Source: an uncultured Verrucomicrobiae bacterium
GTDB taxonomy: Bacteria > Verrucomicrobiota > Verrucomicrobiia > Chthoniobacterales > Chthoniobacteraceae
Reading direction: 5' to 3'
Length of the DNA stretch: 64,000 nt
NCBI GenBank assembly: GCA_963769025.1
Contig: CAVYKI010000009.1
Span: 896,001 to 960,000 of the forward strand
In this document: positions 1-11,481 of the stretch, one piece after another
Layout of the letters: each line of letters begins with the position of its first letter
How positions within the stretch are numbered: position 1 is the first letter of the stretch
The notes under the pieces: model-generated
What the model was told of the DNA's origin: nothing
Seen by the model: only the letters and a program-made list of their open reading frames with translations
Database searches by the model: none
Translations under genes and position numbers: made by a program

Positions 1-569
1 CCGGCTTGAAGGTGATGAGCGTGCCGGTGTGCTTCTTGTTCTTCAGCTCGCCGATGACGTGCAGCTTCTGCTTCGTCTTCCCGCGCTCAAAGGACATCGC
101 GTGAATCTTCCCGTCGCGCGTCACCTCGACCTTGAACCACTCGCTGACCGCGTTCACGCACTTCGCGCCGACGCCGTGCGTGCCGCCGGAATATTCGTAG
201 TTTCCCTGCCCGTACTTGCCGCCCGAGTGCAGCCGCGTGAGCACGAGCTCGACGCCCGGCAGTCCGTCCTCCTTGTTGATGTCCACCGGGATGCCGCGCC
301 CGTTGTCCCGGATGGAAATCGAGCCGTCGCTGTGGATGGTCACATCGATGTGCGTGCAGTGCCCGGCGAGAAATTCGTCCACCGAATTGTCGAGCACCTC
401 GATTGACGCAATGATGCAGCGCGCGCTCGTCCGTTCCGCCGATGTACATGCCCGGTTTTTCGCGCACCGCCTCGAGCCCCTTCATCGTGCGAAGGTCGTC
501 GGCGTTGTACTGTTTCTCGACTTTCTTGTTCTGGTTTTCGGTCGTTTCTGCGGACGTTTCTTCGGTCAT
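1..569 (-). CDS. gyrB: Type II topoisomerase B subunit (GyrB, ParE not excluded), N-terminal ATPase part; runs off the window, frameshift near 403
   Basis: [23 protein letters not shown], then in another frame [36 protein letters not shown] (GHKL motifs). Confidence 0.8.
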
Positions 570-861
570 TGGGATTGGGAAAATGCGGGTCGTTTTCTGT
601 GCGGAAAAGGCAGGGCCGAAAGCTACCGGGAAATCCATGTGCACTCAACTGCAATTTCCGCGAAAAAACACATTATATTGCGGAGCCCGAAGCCCCCCCT
701 CCCCAAGGCGTTGCGGAACCCTTGGGAGGGCGCTTTCGCCGAAACCGCCCCATTCATCGGCGGAAAACCAGTGCCGACAAACCGAAGATTCATCTCCCCG
801 CATTTTCCGAAAAAAACGCAAGCGCCGCAGCCACAAAATGCGGCTGAAGCGCTTGCGAAAG

Positions 862-1046
862 GATTGCCCCACCTTTGCCGTCACGGCAGATGCTCCGTTC
901 CCCCATTGGTTACGGGCGAGAAACCTGGGGCGGGGCTCGGTCTTCCAATGAAGGCATGACCTAAACACGCCCACCCTGACCCTCTGTGTTGTTTTAATTA
1001 CCGGTTCGGATTTTCCACCTTCTACTCGGACAACGCAGGGCAAATC
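862..1046 (-). ncRNA. ssrS: 6S RNA candidate
   Basis: 185 nt. 5' UUGCCCUGCGUUGUCCG pairs with 3' CGGCAAAGGUGGGGCAA; apical stem GGGCG..GGUC/GACC..CGCCC with G-U pairs on this strand; A-rich central bubble GAACCGGUAAUUAAAACAACAC resembling E. coli 6S GAGCCGAUAUUUCAUACCAC. Confidence 0.75.
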
Positions 1047-1214
1047 GTTTTGAGCGAGCGGTCGGCGCATGTCGCTGCCGAGCATCCCATTCCGCCATGC
1101 TCGAAATCTTTTTGGGAAAGAACTACGCGTATCTCTGCGCATCTTCGCCGTTTCGTCAACGGTCGAGATCACCATCGGTGAAAATCCCACGCAGACCGCA
1201 GTGGCTGACACCAC

Positions 1215-1320
1215 CCGTAGCCGCGCTTGTAAGAGCGCGGGCTGATCTCCTTTCCGCAGACCTCTCGAAGAGGACGCACCGCAGCCAAGCGCGCCCGCGC
1301 TCTCACGAGCGCGGCTACGG
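1215..1320. repeat. GTAG-family REP inverted pair (REPIN-like)
   Basis: CCGTAGCCGCGCTTGTAAGAGCGCGGGC (1215-1242) and its inverted copy at 1293-1320 (26/28 identical); each is GTAG followed by a hairpin. Confidence 0.75.
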
Positions 1321-4300
1321 CCCGTCTTCCGCCGCCGCTTTTGCAAAGCCGCCCCACTTCCAGGCGAGCGCGGGCAGGATGATCAAATTCAGCACGCGTC
1401 GACGTGACGAGTCCGCCGAGGATCACGACGGCCATCGGGAATTCGATTTCCTGTCCCGGGATATTGCCCTTTACCACCAGCGGCACCAGCGCGAGTCCGG
1501 CGCAGGAGGCCGTCATCAGGATCGGCGCGAGGCGTTCCTGCGCGCCGCGCAGGAAAAGTCGAGGCACCAAACGGCACGCCCTCGACGGTGCGCAGATGCT
1601 TGTAGTGGCTCACGAGCATGATCCCGTTGCGCGCGGCGATGCCGAGCACGGTGACGAAGCCAACCAGCGAGCCGATCGAGAGCACACCGCCCGTAAAGAA
1701 CGCGGCGAACACACCGCCAATCAGCGCGAACGGCAGCGTCAGCCCGACGAGGAGCGTGAGCCGCACACTCTGGAAATCCGCCTGCAGCAGCGCGAAAATG
1801 CCGAGCACCGCGACGACCGAGAGCAGGAGCAGCCGCCGGCCCGCCTGTTCGCGCGCCGCAAATTCGCCGAGCAATTCCGGATGCGTGCCGCGGGGAAATG
1901 GAATCGCGCGAACCTTCTCACCGATCTCGCGCGCCACGCTGCCGAGGTCGCGGCCGGCGACATTGCACGTCACGTCGATCCGCCGCGACGCGCCTTCCCG
2001 TTTGATCTCGTTCGGCGTCGGCGCGAAATCCACATCCGCCACATCGCCCAGTCGCGCGCGGCCGCCCGCAGCGGTCTCGATGACCATCTCGCGCAACGCC
2101 TGTGCGTCGCTGCGCACGCCGGGCACGCTCCACACGACCACATCGTGGACGCGCTGATCCTCGATAGACCTCGCCCGCCTTCACGCCCTTCACCAGTGTC
2201 GTCACCGCGCGCCGCACATCGCCCGCGGAGAGCCCGTGCATCTGCGAAGCCTCCTGCCGCAACCGCACGACGAGATGCGGCACATTCGACTGCGCCTCCA
2301 CTTTCAGCGCCGTCACGCCTTTCACCTCGGCCATCGCCTTCGACACCGCGCCCGCGCGTTCGCGGAGCACATCCAGATCGGGCCCGAAAATGCGGACCAC
2401 CAGCGCGCCACTCGCGCCCGTGAGCACCTCCTTGACGCGCTCACGCAGGTAGGTCTGCACGTCGCGGTAAAGGCCGGGATAGCCGTCCACCGTCGTCCTC
2501 GACCCGCTTCAGCGTTGCCGCGTAGTCCGCCTTCGGATCCACGGAAATCCACAGCTCGGTGAAATTCGGCCCGACGACTTCATCCGCCACCTCGGCGCGG
2601 CCGATGTGCGCTCCGAAATTCCGCACGCCGGGAATGCTGCGCAATTCCCTGCTCGCGGCGATCGTGATGCGCGTCATCGCATCGAGCCCGATGCCCGGCT
2701 TCTCGACCCAGTGCATGAGAAAATCGCGCTCCTGGAAATTCGGCAGAAACTCCTCGCCGAGCCGCGTCCACGCCACCCACGTCGCGATGAACGCGCACAC
2801 AAGGACGCCCACGCACAGCCATGCGCGCCGGAGGAAAAGCGGCAGCACCGTGCCGTAGAGCGACTTCAACATCCGCACGAGCGACGGTTCCTTCCGATGC
2901 TCCGCCGAGCCGCGCAGGAGCAGCGAGCACATCGCCGGTGTGACGGTGAGCGCGACGACGAGCGAGGCCAGAATCGCCAGCACATACGACAACGCCAGCG
3001 GACGGAAAAACGCACCCGCCAGCCCATCGAGGAAAAACACCGGCAGGAACACGAGCACGACGATCAGGCTCGCGTACACGACCGCGCTGCGCACTTCGAG
3101 CGACGCGGACAGCACGACCTTCCACCGCGGCTCCGGCTTCTCCAGAAGCCGGTTCAGCCGCAGTCGGCGCAGGATGTTTTCCACGTCGATGATCGCGTCG
3201 TCCACGACCTCGCCGATCGCGATGATCAGTCCAGCGAGCACCATCGTGTTCAGCGTGTGCCCCAGCCATGCGAGCACGAGGACCGCCGCGAGCAGCGAGA
3301 GTGGAATCGCCGTGAGGCTGATGAACGCCGTGCGCCAGTCCGCGAGGAACAGGATCAGGATCACCACCACCAGCGCGCATCCCAGCCACAGCGCATGGCT
3401 GAGATTTGCGAGCGACATCTCGATGAATGTCGCCGGGCGGAAAATCGTCGTGTCGATCTCGATGCCGGCCAGTCCCGGCTTCAGCGCCTCGATGCACTCG
3501 CTCCACCTCCAGCGTCAGGTCCAGCGTGTTTCCCCACGGCTGCTTCTCGACGATCAGCAGGATGCCCGGGCCCGTCATTGATCACCGCATCGCCGATCGG
3601 CGCCGGATGACCCACGACGACCTCCGCCACGTCGCCCAGCCGCAGCTGGCGCGCCGTTGCGAAACTCGACGATCGTCCGCGCGAGATCGTCCGCACCCGT
3701 GATGCTCGAAAGCTGGCGCACCGGCAGACGCTGATTCGGCGTGTCCACAAATCCGCCCGCCGCCGGCGTCGCCGCATCGGCCGTCGCGCGCGTGATTGCA
3801 TCGAGCGTCACGCCCGCGACGCGCAGCCGGTCCGGGTCCACGAGCACCTGATACTGCTTGTCGCGCTGTCCCCACACCGCGACATTCGCCACGCCCGGCA
3901 CCGACATCAGCCGCGGACGAATCGTCCAGAGCGCCGTCTCGCTCAGCTCCATCTGCGAAAGCGTCTTCGAAGAAAGCCCAATCTTCATCACGCGGCTCAG
4001 CGAGGAATGCGGCGACAGCAGCACCGGCGTCTTCGCCACGGCGGGCAGCCGCGTCTGCGCGAGCGCCAGCCGTTCCTGCACGAGCTGCCGCGCGCGGAGC
4101 AGATCGGTGCCGTCGTTGAAAATGATCGTCACCGACGAAAGGCCGAGCACCGACTTCGAGCGGATCGTCTTGATCCACGGCGTGCCGTTCAGCGCGCCTT
4201 CCAGCGGCACCGTCACGAGCGCATCCACTTCCTCCGTCGAAAGCCCCGGCGCCTCCGTCTGAATCTCGACCAGCGGCGGCGCGAATTCCGGAAACACATC

Positions 4301-4408
4301 CAGCGGCGCATGCTGCACCGCCCGGATGCCGAAAAACAGCAACGCCGCCGCCGCCGCGAGCACGAGCACGCGGAATCGCAGCGAGGATTGGACGATGGCC
4401 GCGAGCAT
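1315..4408 (-). CDS. CusA/CzcA-family RND efflux permease (several frameshifts)
   Basis: [66 protein letters not shown]; joined from ORFs 3575-4408, 2441-3418, 1918-2490, 1389-2141, 1169-1570; TAG stop at 1315-1317. Confidence 0.9.
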
Positions 4409-5428
4409 CTATTTTCCCCACGCCGAATTCCGTGCCGAACATTTCCGCCGCGCCGCTCGTGACGACCTTCGTCCCCGCCCGCGGACCGCTCGCGAGCACC
4501 GCATCCGCGCCGACCACGCGGGCCACGAACACCCTCCGCCGCACGAAGGTCTGCGGCGCCGTCTGCTCATACACCCACGCGCCGCCGTTGAAATCATGCA
4601 CCACCGCCGCGTGCGGCGCGACGAGACTCTCCGCCGCCGCGCCCCGCACCGGGAGCGACACCGCGACGCGCTGCCCGATCTGCAGGCGCGTCACCTCCGG
4701 CGATTTCGTAAAATACATCCACCGTCCCGAGCAGCGGCGTTGGCCGACGTCGGCGCCTTCACGCGGCTTGGCTTCGATCGTCTTCCGATCCGCGACCTGC
4801 GAGCGCGCTCACGTGCCCCGGCGCGTCGGGGTCGAGCCTTCGCGAGTTCCGCTGCGGAAAGCGGTCACGCGCACCCATCGCGTCGATCCCTTTCGCAGCT
4901 TCGGCCACCGGCATGCCGAGCAGCGCCGCGTCGCGCCTCTGCCGTGGCAGAAACCGCCTTCGCCAGGTCGAGCGCACCCCGCGCCTCGTCCACCGCGCGC
5001 TGGCTGCCGGCCTTGTCCGCAATCATCTGCTCCGCCCGCTTCATCGCCGTCTCGGCGGCGCTCAGGCTCGCGCGCGCCTCCTTCAGTTTCCCATCCGCAT
5101 CCGCCTGCAAATCCGCCACGCGCCGGAACTCCTCGGGTGAGGCCCCGAGCACCGGCTGCGCAAACGACGAGTTCCCGTCGGTCGCGAGCGGCAGCACGAT
5201 CTCGCCGGGAAACGTGCGGAGCTGCGGCAGCGCACGCTTCTCCACGACGGCTGTCGCGATGCCGAGGCGCTGCTCGGCCTGCTCGGTCAGCTTCACCGTG
5301 CTGAGATCACCTTCCTTCACCGCATTCTCGATTGTCGCAGGCGGTGTCTTCGATCCACTTTCCGCGGCGAAGACCGTCACGGCGGCGCATGTGATGATCG
5401 AGACGATCAGCCGGTGCATCTGCAGCAT
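4409..5428 (-). CDS. RND efflux periplasmic adaptor (membrane fusion protein), frameshifted
   Basis: Signal peptide, LTEQAEQRLGIAT, helical hairpin, C-terminal VVHDFNGGAWVYE..FVRRRV..GTKVVTSGAAEMFGTEFG; abuts the permease start. Confidence 0.85.
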
Positions 5429-5440
5429 GAATCGTTCGTT

Positions 5441-6777
5441 TCATAAGCGGTGCCCCACGGCGTATTCGAGTTCCGCCCACGCCTCGCGCAGACGCGCGGT
5501 CGTCTCGGCGGCCTTGCTCTTCGTCTCGACCAGCCGGCGCGCGGCATCGAGCGCGATCGAGTTGCGGCGAATTTCCCGAGTTCGACCGCGCGTGCGCGCG
5601 CGTTCGAGCACCTTCTCCAATTCCGGCAACGCACGTTCCCATCCCGCGGCGACGGCCCGCGCCTCCGCCACCCGGATGCGGGCCTGGCGCACTTCTCCCG
5701 CGATGCGGTCGCGCACGGCCACCGCAGTCCCGCACGGCCTTCGCGACGCCGTGCATCGGCGATCGCGCGTCCGCCCTGGTTCTGGTTGAAAATCGGCAGC
5801 GTGACATCGAGACCGGGGCCGGACTCGAAGTTGCTCCCCGAGCCATTCGCATCGTATGCCAGCGAGAACTGCGAGAATCTCCGCCTTCGCCAGTCCCGCG
5901 CGTTTCCCCGCGGCCTCGATGGCAAGTTCCGCCGCGCGCATGTCCGGCCGCGCGGCGATCGCCTCGCGCACCAGCGCGTTCTCGGACGCAAGGCTCTTCG
6001 CGACGGCATCGGCGGCGTCTTCAAATCGAAGGACACGCCAGCCATCGCGAGACCCGTGAGCGTGCGCGCATGGTCGAGCGCGAGACGCTCCTCGTGTGCG
6101 AGCCGGGCGACCTCCTGCGTGGCGAGCAGCGACTCCGCGTGCGCCTGCGATGTTTCGAGTTCCCCGGTGTCGCCCGCGCGCTGCCGCGCCTTCGCGACCT
6201 CCGACATCTTGTCAAAAATCCCCGCCGCCTCGCGCGCGAGCCGCAGCTTCTCCCGCGCCAGCGCGACAGCCGGCACAGCGCCAGCTTCACGTCGCGCGCC
6301 AGCACCGAGCCCGCCCTGCACCAGTTTCTCCGCGACTATCTCGATAATCGCAGATCTGCCGCCGCCACGCGCTGCGGACGCAGCACCAGCGCTTCCATGG
6401 GAAATTTGCGCGATGAACTCGAGCTGCTTCGGACCGAGCGGGAACAGGACCGAGAGCGTCGGATTCGGAATCTGCCCCGCCTTGATCACTTCGCCGCGAG
6501 CGAGTCCGAGATCGGCCAGTGCGGATTGAAAGTCCGCATTATTCCAAAGCGCGACCGCGACGGCCTGGTCCTGCGAAAGCGCGCCGCCGCGCGAAATACC
6601 CAGCGGGCCACGAAGGTTCGCCCGGCGCTTCCTTGAGACGCGCGCTCTTGCCCGTGCGGCGCTTCGTCTCACTCCGCGACATGCCCGTTCAAATCGCGCG
6701 CAGCCGAGCACGCGGACAGGAGAGTGACCGCGCGCAACGACCGAAATGGATGGAGGGAAACAACGGAGGCGGTTCAT
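5441..6777 (-). CDS. TolC-family outer membrane efflux protein, frameshifted
   Basis: AVAVALWNNADFQSALADLG..IPNPTL, RPDMRAAE, LPIFNQNQG, ELEYAVG; first gene of the tripartite pump. Confidence 0.85.
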
Positions 6778-6853
6778 CAACCGGCGGACATTGGAGACTC
6801 GCGTCGACGCTTTGGGAGTGAAATAGTGCCGGCCACAGCGAAACGGCTCCGCC

Positions 6854-9264
6854 CTATTCGCGCAGCGCGACACCGAGTTCGGTCTTCAGCCGCTCCTTCA
6901 GCTTTCGCGTGCGCGGCGTTCACTTCGTCCGCAGTGAGAGTGCGCTCGGGACTGCGGTACGTGAGGGAATAGGCGAGCGACTTTCGGTCCGCCGGCACTT
7001 TCACGCCGGTCGGATCGGTGAAGACATCGAACAGTTCCACCCCGGCAAGCAGCGGCTCCTTCGCCTTCGCGAGCGTGGCGGCGATCGACCGTGCGGCAGC
7101 GTCAGCGGTGCGAGCATCGCGATGTCGCGCGAGGTCGCCGGGAATCGCGGGATCTCGCGATACTTCTGCGCGACATCGGCAGCCGCGGCTTTCCAGAGCG
7201 CGGCGAGATCGATTTCCACGAACAGCACCGGCACTTCGGAATCGAGCGCGCGCGCGTCGGCCGGCCAGAGCTGTCCGGCGAAACCGACCGGCTTTCCGTT
7301 CGCCTTGATGGTGAGCGACAAGCGCGAGCGCAGGGATTTTCCTCGTGCTCGAAAGCGATGCCCGTCTCCGAGCGCGGCGCTCACGACGGCCTTCAGATCG
7401 AAAAGATCGCCGAGCGTCCTTCGCGCCGCGCGCCAGTTGCGCTCGCAGAGCGGCCCGGCGAGCACCGCAGCCGCGTGCGTGAATTCCTCGGGTCGCTGCG
7501 CGCTGAAAATGCGGCCGACTTCAAACAGCCGGACACTCTTCGCACCAGCGCGCAGATTGTCGCGCACTGCAGTGAGCAGCCCGTGGAGAAGATTCGGGCG
7601 CAGCACGACTTGTTCGTCGTTCATCGGATTCTTCACCCGTAGGAGTCGCCGCCGCAGTCCGCGTGAAATGTCGAGCCGAGCGGTTCTGCCGGAACGAGCG
7701 TGATGCTCCGCGCTTCGTGCAAGACCTTGCGCAACAAATGCGCGTCGCAAAATCATCGCGCGGTCGTAGTTCCGATCGGTGCCGCTCGCACCGGCGAAAC
7801 GCGCCTGAGTCCGGGCCGGAATCGCATCCATCCCGATCACCCGCGCGATTTCCTCGATGAGATCGACTTCGCGAGTGAGGTCCGGACGATATCCCGGAGG
7901 CACGCCAGCCTTCCGCGGCCTTTCTCGCAACCGAACCCGGTGAGGATCTGCATCCACTCGCTCCTGCGAAGACCTCCACGCCGAGCAACGCCGCGACGCC
8001 GTGCAATCCGAAGCGGGATCGCAGGACGCGCCGCATTGCGCTGCGCCAGAAATCTCCGACTGACCCGCTTCACCCGCGGGCGAGACGGCGCTGATGCTCC
8101 CGCGACTTCTGCGATGTAGCTTCGCCGCGCAAAGCGAAGCGCGCTCTACGCCGCCGGGCCACACGCCACGCTCGAAACGGTAGCTCGAATCGCTCGACAG
8201 ACCGAGCCGCCGCGATGTGCGCCGGATGCTCGCCGCGTCGAAGACCGCGGCCTCCAGCAGGACATCGGTCGTCGCGGCGGTCACGCCGCTGTCTTCGCCG
8301 CCCATGATGCCCGCGATGGCCAGGGCCTTCTCGTCGTCGGCGATCATCAGGTCCGTGGGCGCGAGCGCGTAGGTCTTGCCATCGAGCGCGAGGAACTGCT
8401 CGCCTTCCTTCGCCTGCCGCACGCGGAGAGTTCCGCGGACTTTCGCCGCGTCAAAGGCGTGCAGCGGCTGCCCGCTTGCCATCATCACAAAATTCGTCAC
8501 GTCCACGACGTTGTTGATCGCGCGCAGGCCGATGCTTTCCAGCTTTGCACGGAGCCAGTCCGGGCTCGGCCCGACCTTCACGCCCGAGATTCGGCGGGCG
8601 GTGTAGACGGCAGGGCGACATCGGTCTCGACGGCAACCGCAGGCGCATCGCCACCGATGTGCGGCTCGCTTGGACCGGCCGGCTTCGTGAGCGTTTTTCC
8701 CGTTAGCGTCGCGATCTCCACGGCGATGCCCGCGTGACTCAGCAAATCCGCACGGTTCGGTGTGATTTCGAGATCGAGCACCGTGTCCGAATGGAACACC
8801 TCGCTGAACGGCGTGCCGGGCTTCGCGTCCGCCGGGAGAATGAGCAGACCGTCCTCCGCGCCGCGCGCACCGAGCGTCGCAGGCAGGCCGAGTTCGTCCG
8901 CACTGCACAGCATTCCCTGGCTCTCCACGCCACGGAGTTTGCCGACTTTGATCACGAAGTCCGGGGCGAGTTGCGCGCCCGGCAGTGCCACGGGCACCTT
9001 GTCTCCGACACGGTAGTTCTTCGCACCGCATACGATCTGCCGCTGCGTGCCGCTGCCGTCGTCCACTTTGCAGACGCTCAGCCGATCCGCGTTCGGGTGC
9101 TGCGCGGATTCCTGGATCTCGCCGACGACGATGTTCGCGATGGAGCACCCGGTGGACTCGATGCCCTCGACTTCCACGCCTGCCATCGTGAGCAAATCCA
9201 CGAGCGCAGGCACAGTCGGCGGCAATTCGACGAGTTCACGGAGCCAGTTGAGGGAGACTTTCAT
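6854..9264 (-). CDS. pheT: Phenylalanine-tRNA ligase beta subunit (frameshifted)
   Basis: MKVSLNWLREL, HPNADRL, ITPNRADLLSH, INNVVDVTNF, SSYRFERG, C-terminal KSLAYSLTYRSPERTLT. Confidence 0.95.
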
Positions 9265-9270
9265 CGGAAA

Positions 9271-10295
<1,025 letters not shown>

Positions 10296-10357
10296 GTTGG
10301 AAAAATGAGTCGCGGAGATTGCCCATCGCGCACGGCAGCGCAAGGGCGGAAAAAGAT

Positions 10358-10373
10358 CGTAGCCGCGGCTACG
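10358..10373. repeat. 16-bp perfect palindrome made of two REP ends
   Basis: CGTAGCCG|CGGCTACG, the same GTAGCCG terminus as the REP pairs at 1215 and 19613. Confidence 0.55.
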
Positions 10374-10379
10374 GAAAGC

Positions 10380-10415
10380 AAAACCCCGGACGCCTTGTCG
10401 GACATCCGGGGTTTT
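10380..10415 (-). terminator. Intrinsic terminator after rplT (possibly bidirectional)
   Basis: AAAACCCCGGA..TCCGGGGTTTT hairpin with A/T tails, about 25 nt downstream of the rplT stop. Confidence 0.75.
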
Positions 10416-10438
10416 GTGAAAGAGGTTAAGGTTTCCGG

Positions 10439-10828
10439 TTACGCAGCCTTCGGAAGCGTCACACCCGCCTTGTCGGCGAGTGCGGCCTTGGCTTTTTCGA
10501 CGAGCACCTTGAAGGCGGCTTCGTCCTCATAAGCGAGGCCGGAGATGACCTTGCGGTCGAGCGTGATTCCGGCAGCCTTGATGCCTTCCATGAACCGGCT
10601 GTAGGTGAGGCCGTTCGCTCGGGCGGCGGCATTGATGCGCTGGTTCCAAAGTTTGCCAAACATGCGCTTGCGCGTCTTGCGGTCGCGGAACGCCCAGTAT
10701 TGGGCTTTCATCACCGCGTTCTTCGCGTAGCGGAACAGTTTGGATCGGCGTCCGCGGAAGCCCTTGGCTTTGTCGAGGACCTTCTTGCGGCGCTCGCGCG
10801 AGGCGGGAGCGTTAGTGGCTCTTGGCAT
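10439..10828 (-). CDS. rplT: 50S ribosomal protein L20
   Basis: MPRATNAPASRERRKKVL..AKGFRGRRS..RINAAARANGLTYSRFM. Confidence 0.98.
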   Translation of the reverse strand: MPRATNAPASRERRKKVLDKAKGFRGRRSKLFRYAKNAVMKAQYWAFRDRKTRKRMFGKLWNQRINAAARANGLTYSRFMEGIKAAGITLDRKVISGLAYEDEAAFKVLVEKAKAALADKAGVTLPKAA

Positions 10829-10947
10829 GGTCTTGGTTTGGTTGCCCGGCTGGCTGTTTTGGGTTTGTGGTTAAATGGCCGGGCTGCCTCGCCTGCCGGT
10901 GAGTCCTCCGAGGAGGACAGGCGCCCGAACCGGTGTGCCGCGTCCGC

Positions 10948-11157
10948 TTACGCGAACGGGAGGCACTCTTTGATACGGTCCACCATTGTCTCGTGGACCT
11001 GACCGTCTTTGCCGAGCTTGCGCTTGCGCTTCGAGCTCTTGCTCGATGCGAGGTGGCGAAGGCCCGGCTTACGGCGCATGATCTTCCCCGTGGCGGTCAC
11101 TTTGAACCGCTTGGAAGCTGATTTTTTCGTCTTGCGACGTGCGATGGCTCTTGGCAT
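10948..11157 (-). CDS. rpmI: 50S ribosomal protein L35
   Basis: KTKKSASKRFKVTATGKIMRRKPGLRHL..KSSKRKRKL; directly upstream of rplT. Confidence 0.97.
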   Translation of the reverse strand: MPRAIARRKTKKSASKRFKVTATGKIMRRKPGLRHLASSKSSKRKRKLGKDGQVHETMVDRIKECLPFA

Positions 11158-11481
11158 GGGGCGCGGAAAGTAGCGGTCGAAGTGCGATTGGCAATTACTT
11201 TCTCCCATGATGTGACGGAACGAAAAGCTGCGGCTTCACGTGAAGCGGAACAGGATGGGAAATGGTGTCGCGGAGCGTGGCACGATGAGCCCGCGGAGAA
11301 ACGGACACGGCGATTTTGCTCAATCGGACGACGACCCGGAGGGCACGGAACCTGCGACCGCAACGGGCCACATCATGCCTCTTTACGATACAAATGGACG
11401 GGTTGCCGGATCTCCAGGCAACGGAGCGGGAAACATTGGGACGGCAACCGCGGTTCAGACACCGCGAAACCGGAGCTGCGC

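Noticed and set aside
645..1346. 233-aa minus-strand ORF and other ORFs over the gyrB upstream region
   Set aside because: Atypical composition, no motifs, and they overlap the 6S RNA candidate and the REP pair
11400..11480. c-di-GMP-I riboswitch-like words (GGCAAC..GAAA..GGGACG) upstream of pilT
   Set aside because: The stem around GAAA does not pair (GGAGCG vs CATTGG) and the GCAAAG and downstream consensus are missing
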